Translations under genes and position numbers: made by a program | Shown: positions 21,426 through 30,966 of the stretch, piece by piece | Position numbering within the stretch: the stretch's first letter is position 1 | How the letters are laid out: each line of letters starts with the position of its first letter | Assembly: GCA_964546275.1 (NCBI GenBank) | Contig: CAZJJG010000003.1 | Location: forward strand, 2,012 to 66,011 | Direction of reading: 5' to 3' | Source: an uncultured Gammaproteobacteria bacterium | GTDB taxonomy: Bacteria > Pseudomonadota > Gammaproteobacteria > Magnimaribacterales > D2472 | Length of the DNA: 64,000 nt | The notes under the pieces: model-generated | The model's database searches: none | The model's input: the letters and a program-made list of their open reading frames with translations, nothing else | Told to the model about the DNA's origin: nothing

Positions 21426-22511
21426 TTACCTTATTTTAAGGGTTGCTAAAGCAATCAATATTAAGATAATTGTTATGATCCAAAACCTAACTATAATCTT
21501 TGGCTCTTCCCACCCTTTGAGCTCAAAATGATGATGAATAGGTGCCATGAGGAAAACTCTTTTTCCTCTTAATTTAAAAGATATAACTTGAATTGCAACA
21601 CTCAATGTTTCTATTACAAAAACGCCAGCCATGACGGCAAAGACTAATTCATGCCTTAAAATAACAGCAATTATCCCTAAAATTGCTCCTAGTGTGAGCG
21701 ATCCTACGTCACCCATAAATATTTGAGCTGGATAAGTGTTGTACCATAAAAACCCAATGCCCGAGCCCATTAAAGCTCCACAGAATACTATCAACTCTCC
21801 AGATATCTCCAAATGAGGAAGATATAAATAATCTGCAATTACAGTATTACCCATTCCATATGCAATTAATCCAAGAGCCCCAGCAATCAGGATAGTTGGC
21901 AATATTGCTAAACCATCTAAACCGTCTGTTAGGTTCACAGCATTTGAAGAACCAACAACTACAAATGTTCCAACAAGTATAAATAAGAAAGGGCTCATGC
22001 TAATTAAAAGATCTTTATAAAAAGGAACAATAAAAGCTGTTTCAGGAGATGTTTCTGCAGAAATATATAAATATGCTGATGCGCAGAATGCAAAAAATGT
22101 TTGTAAAATAATTTTTTGTTTACTTGATAAGCCATCTGAACTCTTTGATTTTATTTTAAGAAAATCATCTAAAAAACCTACAGAACCAAAACTAATAGTT
22201 ACAAATAAAACTACCCATATATATCTATTCCCTAGGTCTCCCCAAAGTAATGTAGAAATAACTAAAGAAAGTAAGATCAGAAGTCCTCCCATCGTTGGCG
22301 TGCCGGTCTTTTTATAGTGACTTTTAGGTCCATCTACTCGAACATGCTGCTCAAACTGAAGGCGCTTTAATAAATTAATTACAAAAGGTCCTAAGAATAT
22401 TGAAATAAGAAGTGCTGTTGCGGTAGCACCGATAGTTCTTACAGTTAAATATCTTAAAATATCAAAACCAGGATCTGTATTTACTAGAATTGTTCCTAAA
22501 TATTCAAACAT
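21426..22511 (-). CDS. mraY: Phospho-MurNAc-pentapeptide translocase
   Basis: KKTGTPTMGG, SNAVNLTDGLDGLA, FMGDVGSL, MAPIHHHFELKGW. Confidence 0.98.
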   Translation of the reverse strand: MFEYLGTILVNTDPGFDILRYLTVRTIGATATALLISIFLGPFVINLLKRLQFEQHVRVDGPKSHYKKTGTPTMGGLLILLSLVISTLLWGDLGNRYIWVVLFVTISFGSVGFLDDFLKIKSKSSDGLSSKQKIILQTFFAFCASAYLYISAETSPETAFIVPFYKDLLISMSPFLFILVGTFVVVGSSNAVNLTDGLDGLAILPTILIAGALGLIAYGMGNTVIADYLYLPHLEISGELIVFCGALMGSGIGFLWYNTYPAQIFMGDVGSLTLGAILGIIAVILRHELVFAVMAGVFVIETLSVAIQVISFKLRGKRVFLMAPIHHHFELKGWEEPKIIVRFWIITIILILIALATLKIR

Positions 22512-23844
22512 CTATAAATCTCTCCATTTTCATTGCTCTGGATCCTTTTAAAAGGACAGTATCATTTGAATTAATATTTTTCTTTAAAAATCTCTTCAAT
22601 TCAGATTCCTCTTTAAAGAAAATACCTTTTTTACCAAACTCTTCTACAGCATATTTTGTTAAATCTCCAAAACCAAGGAAAATATCTATTTTCTTAGCTC
22701 TTGCATAGTCTCCAATATCTCTATGCATTTTCTTTCTATATCTACCTAGCTCTAACATATCACCTAAAACCAAGATTCTTCTAGTCTTTGAACTTTTTAA
22801 TAAGTCTATAGATTTTTTGACAGAGTCTGGATTAGCGTTATAGGTATCATCTATAAGCAAAGAGCCATTTATCCATTTAGATTGTTTTTGTCTAATAGCT
22901 TCATCTAAGCTCTCCTTTAAGCTATTGATAAATAATTCTGTAGAGTTTTTTAAGAAAAAAGAGGCTGCAAAACTGGATAAAATATTTTTAACATTATGCT
23001 CTCCAGCTAAAAAAGTATTTATTTTTACTTTGATTTTGTATTTTTTTGAGCAAATATTAAATTCTGTCTTATTTATACTATATTTAATATCTGAAGGATA
23101 AAAATCTGCACTACTGCTGAGACCAAAAGTGATGATAGTAATGTCATTTCTTATTTGCTGCCAAAATTTTAAATGCTTTTTATTATCATTTGGCACCACA
23201 AGACATCCGCTTTTTTTAATATTATTAATTAATTCAGACTTTACTTTTAATACACCTTTAATATTTTTTAATTTTTCAAGATGTGAGTTACCTATATTAG
23301 TTATAACTCCAACATTTGGCCTTAAAATTGAGCTTAGATACTGAATATCTTTAGGCTTTGCTGCCCCCATCTCAATAATTAAATTTTTTGAGTTTATATT
23401 TGCAAGCATTATGCTCAGCGGCATTCCGATCTCATTATTAAAGTTTTTATGAGTAGATGAGCTCTTTTTTAGGGCATTAGATAGTATTTTAGTTGTTGTT
23501 GTTTTTCCATTGCTTCCTGTAATTCCAATAACATTGCCCGTGTATGTCTTTAAAATATTTTTTGATATCTTTTTTAGAGCTGCTATAGAATTGGCTACAT
23601 AAATTAAGTGTTTATCTTGTGAATTTTTAAATTTTATATTGTCAGTTATAACTAAAGATGCTCCTTTTTTAAGAGCTTCATCAATATAGTCGTTTCCATT
23701 AAAATTATCGCCTTTTATAGCTATAAACAAACTTCCTTTTTTTAAGGTTCTTGTGTCAATAGAAATATTCTTAATGTCTATATTTTTCTTTAATGATAAA
23801 TCAAGATATTTAGCTAGATAATTTGAGTTACTTATAAATTTCAT
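22504..23844 (-). CDS. murF: UDP-MurNAc-tripeptide--D-Ala-D-Ala ligase
   Basis: ITGSNGKTTT, NFNNEIGMP, IEMG, DDTYNANPDS, LGDMLELG, LKGSR. Confidence 0.96.
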   Translation of the reverse strand: MKFISNSNYLAKYLDLSLKKNIDIKNISIDTRTLKKGSLFIAIKGDNFNGNDYIDEALKKGASLVITDNIKFKNSQDKHLIYVANSIAALKKISKNILKTYTGNVIGITGSNGKTTTTKILSNALKKSSSTHKNFNNEIGMPLSIMLANINSKNLIIEMGAAKPKDIQYLSSILRPNVGVITNIGNSHLEKLKNIKGVLKVKSELINNIKKSGCLVVPNDNKKHLKFWQQIRNDITIITFGLSSSADFYPSDIKYSINKTEFNICSKKYKIKVKINTFLAGEHNVKNILSSFAASFFLKNSTELFINSLKESLDEAIRQKQSKWINGSLLIDDTYNANPDSVKKSIDLLKSSKTRRILVLGDMLELGRYRKKMHRDIGDYARAKKIDIFLGFGDLTKYAVEEFGKKGIFFKEESELKRFLKKNINSNDTVLLKGSRAMKMERFIDV

Positions 23845-25309
23845 TTACTACCTCATGGTCACTAAAATAAGATATCTTCCCGCCAATATCCTGGGTTTCT
23901 TCATGCCCTTTTCCTAAAATAACCATGCAATCATTATCACCCATTAATCCATTTCCATGAATAATTGCTTCTCTTCTATCCTCTATTAGAATTACATCTT
24001 TGATAATATTTCCTATTGATGCGTCAGCAAAAATATTTTCGAAGGCTTCACTTCTTGAGTTATCAGATGTAAAAATAATTTTTACTCCATATTCTATAGC
24101 TATGCTTAACATCTCTGGTCTTTTTAATTTATCTCTATCTCCGCCACATCCAAAAACAATAATTAAATTATTAAAATAATTATTAATTGATGACAGCAGA
24201 AACTTAAATCCATCTGGATTATGTGCATAATCAATAATAATATTTGAATCAATATTAGGAATAAGTTCAGTTCTTCCTTTGGGAAGTTTTAAAAAAGACA
24301 CATCGTTAAAATCATCTTCTAAGAAATTATTAAATCCTATTACTGAAATTGCAAACACAAGATTATTAATATTAAATTCTGGAAATAAACTACATGAAAA
24401 ATTATATTTGCAACTTTTAAGACTGTTATCTGATAAATAAACTAATGATGCATTATTTATAGTTATTGAAAAAGTAGTTATTTTTATGCTGGATTCAATA
24501 ATCTCATAATAAATATCTGACAATTTGTTTTTATTGCTTACAGAGTAAATTTGAGGGTAATGATCCTTGGTAGATATTAAATCTTCATTAATTAGCCTTA
24601 ATGAGCTTATGTTATTAAATATTTTAAACTTTGTTTGAGCATACTCTTCTATGTTTGAGTGATAATCCAGATGATCTCTTCCAATATTTAAAAGTGATGC
24701 AGAATGAACTGATGTAAGATCAAATAGTCTTTTTTGATCAAGTGCATGAGAAGAAATTTCAATACAAATATTTGCAGACTTTAGATCATAATTCTTCAGA
24801 ATTTCATAGAATTCAAATATATCAGGAGTTGTTTTACTGTAAAGAGAAGTATTTACTTCTTCATTATTATACTGAGCTCCCAAAGTACCAATATAAAGGG
24901 AATTATCTCCTGCATTAAGTATAAGTTGATGGCAAAGATGAGCTGTTGATGTTTTACCATTAGTACCTGTAAAGGTATGAATCAGAAATTTTGAGGGATC
25001 AATTTTAAAGAATGCTTTTAAAAAATAATATACTTTTGTATTTTTAGTGGCATCTTCTTGCTCTTGCAAGTCTTGAATATAAAAAATATTATTTTGATCT
25101 GATCTATATGAAGAATCATTATGAACTACTATTGATGCTCCTAATTCTAATGCTTTTTCTATATATACACTTCCATGGTTTTGTGAGCCAGGCAAAGCAA
25201 AAAATATAGAATTTTTTCTAATCTTCTGGGTAGAATTGGTTGCGCTAGAAATTTCTATTCCAGGCGGAAAAGATATACCAAGTATTTCTTCTAGCTTATT
25301 CACTTTCAA
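23828..25309 (-). CDS. murE: UDP-MurNAc-dipeptide--meso-DAP ligase
   Basis: TTG start; TGTNGKTST, KTTPD, EISSHAL.Q.R, IDYAHNPD, FGCGGDRD, SDNSR, GKGHE. Confidence 0.95.
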   Translation of the reverse strand: MKVNKLEEILGISFPPGIEISSATNSTQKIRKNSIFFALPGSQNHGSVYIEKALELGASIVVHNDSSYRSDQNNIFYIQDLQEQEDATKNTKVYYFLKAFFKIDPSKFLIHTFTGTNGKTSTAHLCHQLILNAGDNSLYIGTLGAQYNNEEVNTSLYSKTTPDIFEFYEILKNYDLKSANICIEISSHALDQKRLFDLTSVHSASLLNIGRDHLDYHSNIEEYAQTKFKIFNNISSLRLINEDLISTKDHYPQIYSVSNKNKLSDIYYEIIESSIKITTFSITINNASLVYLSDNSLKSCKYNFSCSLFPEFNINNLVFAISVIGFNNFLEDDFNDVSFLKLPKGRTELIPNIDSNIIIDYAHNPDGFKFLLSSINNYFNNLIIVFGCGGDRDKLKRPEMLSIAIEYGVKIIFTSDNSRSEAFENIFADASIGNIIKDVILIEDRREAIIHGNGLMGDNDCMVILGKGHEETQDIGGKISYFSDHEVVNEIYK

Positions 25310-26924
25310 AATATCCTAAATAACTTAATGTATCAGAAGCTATTTCAGCAAATAAAGGTGCAGCAATTTCACCACCTTTATAAGCATTTAAACCAGGCTG
25401 GTAAATAGAAACAAAAATAGTAAGATCTTTTGTTTCTAAGGGAGCTATGCCTACAAAAGATGCAGTATAAATACTTTTCTCATACCCACCATCTTTCGAA
25501 CTTTTATGAGATGTTCCTGTTTTTCCTCCTACATTAAAACCTGATACTCTTGCATTTTTTCCAGAACCATTCTCTACAACATCATGCAAAGCAAATAGAA
25601 TTTTATTTGCTGATTCTGCAGAAATAATTTGTTCTTCATATTTATATTCGTCATTCATAACTATGGTAAATTCTTTATAAATGCCATTATTCGCAAAGAC
25701 GGAATAAGCAGAGGCGATTTGATATGGGCTTGCCTCCATACCATAACCAAAACCTAAGTTAGCTATTTCAATATCAGACATATTATTTCTAGTATTAATA
25801 GTTCCAAATGAAGCTGAGGGAAAATTTAAGTTAATAGGCTTGCTAAATCCAAAATTTTTGTAGGTTGAAATAATATTATCTGCACCTAGCATTAAAGCAA
25901 TTTTTGAAGCGCCAACCTGGCTTGAATTAGTTATAACTTCATATGCCTTTAGAAGACCGTGATTTTTATAATCACTTATAGAATAATTATTTAAAGAAAT
26001 ATAACCAGGCGAGGTATCCAGAGTATCATCTATATCAATCAAACCCATATCAAAAGCTTTAGCCATAGCAATAGGTTTAAGAACAGATCCCGGCTCGTAG
26101 GTATCAAGCAAAGCTCTGTTTTTTTGACTTTTTCTATTAGAATTATTGGGATTGTATGAAGGGAAGCTGGCCATTGCTAAAATTTCGCCGGTTGAATTAT
26201 CTAAAACAATCGCTGTGCCACTTTTTGCTTGACTATTTTTAACAGCTTCCACCAATTTCTTATATGTAAAAAATTGTATGTTGCTATCAATTGTTAAATG
26301 AAGATCTTTACCGTCCTCTTTTGCTTCAATGCTAATAGCCTTAGAGATAATTTCTCCTTTTCTATTTTTATAATACTTTTGCTTACCATCAATTCCAGAC
26401 AAGAAGGAGTTATAACTTTTTTCGATACCTTCTAGGCCATAGTTATCTTTGCCAGAAAATCCAATTAGAGGAGCTATTTGATCTCCAAGCGGATAATGTC
26501 TTGAAAACCTAACCTCAATTTCAAAATTCTTTATTGAAGAAGTTTTTATAAAATTTATTTCTTTTAAAGATAAACTTTTATAAATTAGCATCTTTCTATT
26601 TTGAGACTTAATGTCATCAAAGGATGGCTTTAGTTCAATTAAATTATCTAAAATAGAATAATCATTAGCAGAAAAATTTTTTAGAGCATAAATGTCGTAA
26701 TGAGTTAATGATATCGCAAGGGGTATTTGATTTCGATCATAAATAGTTCCTCTGATAGGAAGAGTTTTTCTATATGCAATATGCTGATTCTGCCCCCAAT
26801 CTTTTAAAAAATTTTCTTTATCGATTTGTAAAAAAATTACTCTCACAGAAATTGCGCAGACAGAGGCTATTAGAAAAATTAATATAATAAAAAAACGCCA
26901 GTTAAAATAATTTAATTTCTTCAT
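25296..26924 (-). CDS. ftsI: Penicillin-binding protein 3 (FtsI)
   Basis: RGTIYDRN, GLEGIE, EPGSVLK (SxxK), SSQ (SxN variant), GKTGT. Confidence 0.95.
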   Translation of the reverse strand: MKKLNYFNWRFFIILIFLIASVCAISVRVIFLQIDKENFLKDWGQNQHIAYRKTLPIRGTIYDRNQIPLAISLTHYDIYALKNFSANDYSILDNLIELKPSFDDIKSQNRKMLIYKSLSLKEINFIKTSSIKNFEIEVRFSRHYPLGDQIAPLIGFSGKDNYGLEGIEKSYNSFLSGIDGKQKYYKNRKGEIISKAISIEAKEDGKDLHLTIDSNIQFFTYKKLVEAVKNSQAKSGTAIVLDNSTGEILAMASFPSYNPNNSNRKSQKNRALLDTYEPGSVLKPIAMAKAFDMGLIDIDDTLDTSPGYISLNNYSISDYKNHGLLKAYEVITNSSQVGASKIALMLGADNIISTYKNFGFSKPINLNFPSASFGTINTRNNMSDIEIANLGFGYGMEASPYQIASAYSVFANNGIYKEFTIVMNDEYKYEEQIISAESANKILFALHDVVENGSGKNARVSGFNVGGKTGTSHKSSKDGGYEKSIYTASFVGIAPLETKDLTIFVSIYQPGLNAYKGGEIAAPLFAEIASDTLSYLGYFESE

Positions 26925-26931
26925 CTGTCTA

Positions 26932-27198
26932 TTATTTTATTTTTACAACTGTAGGTTTTACTTTTTGCATAGTTAAATTCTTTCTTGCTATCTGCTCTAC
27001 TCTTGCTGGAGAATTTAAAAAGTAAGCCTCAGTTTTGAGTTTATGCTCTTCTTCTTTAAGGTTTTGATACTCTGTATTTATACGATCTTGATTTCCATAT
27101 AGAAGACCTATTTCCCATCTAACTTTTATTTGTTCAATAGAAAGAAAAATTATTAAAGCTAACTGAGCAAAAAGTAATAAGGCAAAATTTAATTTCAT
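26932..27198 (-). CDS. ftsL: Cell division protein FtsL
   Basis: TM plus coiled coil, PARVEQIARKNLTM; between rsmH and ftsI. Confidence 0.85.
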   Translation of the reverse strand: MKLNFALLLFAQLALIIFLSIEQIKVRWEIGLLYGNQDRINTEYQNLKEEEHKLKTEAYFLNSPARVEQIARKNLTMQKVKPTVVKIK

Positions 27199-28094
27199 GG
27201 AAGTTTTTTAAAGACTCGCATGATTGCACTTCTAGAGCGTTTATTTTTGTTAACTTCAAAGTCACTTGGTCTAATTTTTCTTGCAATACAATCAAATTCT
27301 TTTATGACTATTGGGTTGATTGGAATTTCTCTTGGAATGTCTTCTACTTGAGTCTTAAATGTGTTCTTAACGATTGAATCTTCGAGAGAGTGAAAAGATA
27401 TAACAACTATTTTACCTCCAGTTTTTATTAGTTTTTTCGACTTATTTAAAGCTTCATCTAATTCATTAAGCTCGTCATTAATAAAAATTCTAAAAGCTTG
27501 AAAAGATTTTGTTGCTGGATGAATTTTAGAATATTTTTTTGAAGAAACGGATTTAATGATATTTGCTAATTGAGATGTTGTCTCTATATCTGCATCCTTT
27601 CTATTCACACAAATAGCTTTTGCAATTGCTCTAGCATTTTTTTCTTGACCATATTTATAGAGCACATTAATGATTTCTTTTTCGTCTGCTATGTTAATCC
27701 ATTTAGAAAGAGGTCTTCCTGTATTGTAATTAAATCGCATATCCAATGGGCCATCATCTCTGAAGCTAAAACCTCTAGATTTATCATCAAAATGAGTAGA
27801 ACAAGTTCCTAAATCAAATAGAATTCCATCAAGTGAACCTTCCTCAAAAATTGTATCTATTTGATTAAATGAATTATAAATAATATTAAATCTTGGATCT
27901 TTTATGTGTGTTTCTGCAAATTTAATAGCATCTGGATCTTTATCAAAAGCTGTAAGTTTTCCTTCTGATAAAAGCTTATTTAAGATAGATTTGCTGTGGC
28001 CACCTCGACCAAAAGTGCAGTCTAAATATGAACCAACTTTATTATCAACTAGAAAACCAATAGATTCTTCCAGCAATACTGGAAAATGGAGCAT
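27195..28094 (-). CDS. rsmH: 16S rRNA m4C1402 methyltransferase
   Basis: HFPVLLEE, DCTFGRGGHS, GPLDMR, HPATKSFQAFRI.IN.EL, ISFHSLED. Confidence 0.97.
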   Translation of the reverse strand: MLHFPVLLEESIGFLVDNKVGSYLDCTFGRGGHSKSILNKLLSEGKLTAFDKDPDAIKFAETHIKDPRFNIIYNSFNQIDTIFEEGSLDGILFDLGTCSTHFDDKSRGFSFRDDGPLDMRFNYNTGRPLSKWINIADEKEIINVLYKYGQEKNARAIAKAICVNRKDADIETTSQLANIIKSVSSKKYSKIHPATKSFQAFRIFINDELNELDEALNKSKKLIKTGGKIVVISFHSLEDSIVKNTFKTQVEDIPREIPINPIVIKEFDCIARKIRPSDFEVNKNKRSRSAIMRVFKKLP

Positions 28095-28095
28095 T

Positions 28096-29223
28096 TTAGT
28101 CTACTTGTTTACGCATAAAAGTCGGCACATCAAGGTAATCAATTACCTCTGCAGACGATGTGCCGCCTTCTTGACTTGCTTTAACTGCAAACTCTTTTTC
28201 TAAGCCTACAGGATTTAATTTAATTGAAGCGCTTCTTCTATTATTATCAACAGCCAGGGTTGGAGCTTTCTGATTCACTCCAGTTGCTACAATAGTTACC
28301 AGTAAGTCCTCTTCTATATCATTATCAATAACTGTTCCATAGATGACGACAGCATCGTCAGCAGTAAATTCTTCAACGATATTACTTACTTCTTCATAAT
28401 CATTTAGTGTAGGTTCTTTTGCGGTAATATTGACAAGTACGCCTCTAGCATCTTTAAGATCAATATCTTCTAGTAATTCGCTTCCTACAGCTTGAGAGGC
28501 TGCTTCAGAAGCTCTATCTTTCCCATTAGATCTTCCAGTGCCCATCATTGCAATTCCCTTCTCTGACATCACTGTTTTTACATCAGCGAAATCAACATTG
28601 ATTAAACCATCTTTCATAATAATGTCAGAAATTCCTTGAACGGCTCCTTTAAGAACATCATCAGCCTTTGCAAAAGCATCAGTCATGCTTGTATTACCAC
28701 CCAGTACTTCTATTAATCTTTGATTCGGAATTGTGATTAAACTATCAACTTCTTCAACTAGCGCTGCTAACCCTTGTTCAGCAGAAGTCATTCTTCTTTT
28801 ACCTTCAAATTTAAAAGGTTTTGTAACTACAGCAACAGTTAATGCTCCCATCTCTTTAGCAATGGATGCAACCACGGGAGCTGCACCAGTCCCAGTACCT
28901 CCACCCATTCCGGCTGTTATAAAAATCATATCAGCATCAGCTAAAAGCTCTTGAATTGCTTCTCTGTCTCCTTCAGCAGCTTGACGTCCAATTTCTGGGT
29001 TAGCTCCTGCTCCAAGACCTTTTGTTAAATTACTGCCTAATTTAAGTGATATTGCGCCATCAGCTCTAGCTAGAGCCTGAGTATCAGTATTTGCACAAAT
29101 AAAATCAACTCCCTGAATTTGATGATTGATCATATGGATAACAGCGTTTCCGCCAGCTCCACCTACACCAATTACTTTAATTTTTGCTTGTTCAACTTGT
29201 TGATCTACAACTTCCCAATTCAT
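28096..29223 (-). CDS. ftsZ: Cell division protein FtsZ
   Basis: VIGVGGAGGNAV, AGMGGGTGTG tubulin signature, NVDFADV, C-terminal LDVPTFMRKQVD. Confidence 0.99.
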   Translation of the reverse strand: MNWEVVDQQVEQAKIKVIGVGGAGGNAVIHMINHQIQGVDFICANTDTQALARADGAISLKLGSNLTKGLGAGANPEIGRQAAEGDREAIQELLADADMIFITAGMGGGTGTGAAPVVASIAKEMGALTVAVVTKPFKFEGKRRMTSAEQGLAALVEEVDSLITIPNQRLIEVLGGNTSMTDAFAKADDVLKGAVQGISDIIMKDGLINVDFADVKTVMSEKGIAMMGTGRSNGKDRASEAASQAVGSELLEDIDLKDARGVLVNITAKEPTLNDYEEVSNIVEEFTADDAVVIYGTVIDNDIEEDLLVTIVATGVNQKAPTLAVDNNRRSASIKLNPVGLEKEFAVKASQEGGTSSAEVIDYLDVPTFMRKQVD

Positions 29224-29236
29224 ATTTATCCCCTAT

Positions 29237-29704
29237 TTAAAAAGACATCTCTTTTATGCTCGTTGGAAGAACAACATCTAAAATCTCTGTAGCTAATGTT
29301 CCTCCGGTTTGACGTATATTCCAATTATCTGTGTTCCAAATTTCAAATTTATTTCCCATACCTATAAATGAAATTTTATTATCCTGATTAAGCTGAGCAT
29401 AATTTCTTAGCTCTTGTGGCAATAAGATTAGCATTCTGCCATTTGGATCAAATTCTGTAACACTTGCATTGCCTAGAATGGTCCATTGTAAATTTCTTAC
29501 GATTGGATCTAAGCCTTGAAGCGATTGAAGTTTTTCAGAAATAATGTTCCAGTCAGAACCTTTATAAACTTTTAACGAGGGGTATTGAGGATCCTTAGTA
29601 ATAACTATTTCTTTTTCGTTTGTTAAAAGAAAATCAGAACGATACTTAGCAGGTATTGAGAACCTGTGCTTTTGATCTATAGATATCGTATTGTATCCAA
29701 ACAT
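29237..29704 (-). CDS. mraZ: Transcriptional regulator MraZ
   Basis: Two SpoVT/AbrB-like repeats (SIDQKHRFSIPAKYR; EFDPNGRMLILLPQELR..A; GMGNKFEIW). Confidence 0.88.
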   Translation of the reverse strand: MFGYNTISIDQKHRFSIPAKYRSDFLLTNEKEIVITKDPQYPSLKVYKGSDWNIISEKLQSLQGLDPIVRNLQWTILGNASVTEFDPNGRMLILLPQELRNYAQLNQDNKISFIGMGNKFEIWNTDNWNIRQTGGTLATEILDVVLPTSIKEMSF

Positions 29705-29732
29705 AAAGTTATTAACTTAATTTATTAATTAA

Positions 29733-29771
29733 CACACTTTATAACATTTTTTGCACACTTTCACACACTTT
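29733..29771 (-). promoter_or_regulatory. MraZ-type operator: direct repeats at about 10-bp spacing
   Basis: CACACTTT (AAAGTGTG on minus strand) at 29733, 29754 and 29764, plus a degenerate AACATTTT at 29743; directly upstream of mraZ and overlapping a TGT-TATAAA extended -10-like element. Confidence 0.75.
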
Positions 29772-29791
29772 TTTTAATTTTATACAAAAAT

Positions 29792-30122
29792 GAGTTGGTC
29801 TGTAAGCCGGATTCTGTAAAAGATGATCATCTATCTTGGCTATGTGTCACCACAAAGCTCTAGCAACCTACCCAAATCCTAAGCGAGCAGCCTAAGGATT
29901 TCTATTTGGTCTTGCTTCGGGATGGGGTTTACAATGCCTTAAATGTTACCATTTAAGCGGTGCGCTCTTACCGCACCTTTTCACCCTTACCAATATAATT
30001 GGCGGTATATTTTCTGCTGCACTTTCCGTAGGCTCACGCCTCCCAGGAGTTACCTGGCGCCCTGCTCTATGAAGTCCGGACTTTCCTCTAAAGCAAAGCT
30101 TTAGCGATCATCCAACCAACTC
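29792..30122 (-). ncRNA. rnpB: RNase P RNA (type A, compact)
   Basis: Minus strand GAGUUGG...GAGGAAAGUCC...GGAAAGUGCAGCAGAAA...GGGUGAAAAGGUGCGGUAAGAGCGCACC...ACAGAAUCCGGCUUAC...CCAACUC; P1 and P4 conserved; rsmI-rnpB-mraZ synteny. Confidence 0.96.
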
Positions 30123-30140
30123 GGAGAGAATTATAGACAT

Positions 30141-30956
30141 TTATTTGTCTATCAGCCACTTATAAAGATCTCTTTTATTTTTACTCGTTAATGCTGCTAA
30201 TAATTTAGCAGCGTCTTTCGCAGGTAAATGTTCTAAATATAGGTCTTTAATCTTTTGACTAAGATTCAAATCTAGATTAATTTTTTTAGAGCCCTCAAGA
30301 ACAATTACAAACTCACCTTTAGTTGTTATCTCATTATTTTTAAATTTATTATTCATATTTCCAACAGAGTCTCTAATAACCTCTTCATACTTTTTTGTCA
30401 TTTCTCGACATAGAATAATTCTTCTATCAAACTCAAGATACTCTGCAAATACGGAGATTGTTTTTTCTAATCTTTTTGCTGATTCAAAAAATATGATAGT
30501 TTCAGATACATCATTTAGTGATTTGCTCATTTCTATTTGATCTGTTTTTTTTCTTGGAAAAAATCCTTTAAAGGAAAATGCATCTGAAGGGAGGCCTGAT
30601 AGAATCAAAGCATTTATAACTGATGATGGGCCTGGTAAGACTGTAAACTGAATATTATGTTTAATGCATTCTTGTGAAAGATAATAACCAGGGTCAGAGA
30701 TACAAGGAGCCCCAGCATCAGTGATTATTGCAATTTTATTTCCATCATTTAATTGATTAATTATTTCTGGAGTAATTTTAATTTCATTATGTTCGTGAAA
30801 TGATTTAGATTTTTTATTAATATTAAAGTTAATGAGTAAATTATTGGTATTTCTAGTATCTTCTGCATAAATAAAATCTGCAGACTCAAGAAGACTTATT
30901 GACCTCATAGAGATATCATTTAAATTACCAATTGGACTACATATAAAATTTAACAT
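30141..30956 (-). CDS. rsmI: 16S rRNA Cm1402 methyltransferase
   Basis: SPIGNLNDIS, AEDTR, TDAGAPCISDPG, LPGPSS, CREMTKKYEE, KGEFVIV. Start set at the ATG of MLNFIC (30956). Confidence 0.95.
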   Translation of the reverse strand: MLNFICSPIGNLNDISMRSISLLESADFIYAEDTRNTNNLLINFNINKKSKSFHEHNEIKITPEIINQLNDGNKIAIITDAGAPCISDPGYYLSQECIKHNIQFTVLPGPSSVINALILSGLPSDAFSFKGFFPRKKTDQIEMSKSLNDVSETIIFFESAKRLEKTISVFAEYLEFDRRIILCREMTKKYEEVIRDSVGNMNNKFKNNEITTKGEFVIVLEGSKKINLDLNLSQKIKDLYLEHLPAKDAAKLLAALTSKNKRDLYKWLIDK

Positions 30957-30966
30957 AAACGTACTT

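Noticed and set aside
29733-29771. Short direct repeats as a CRISPR array or replication iterons
   Set aside because: 8-bp units with 2-3-bp spacers, no cas or rep genes, and position upstream of mraZ explain them as operator sites.
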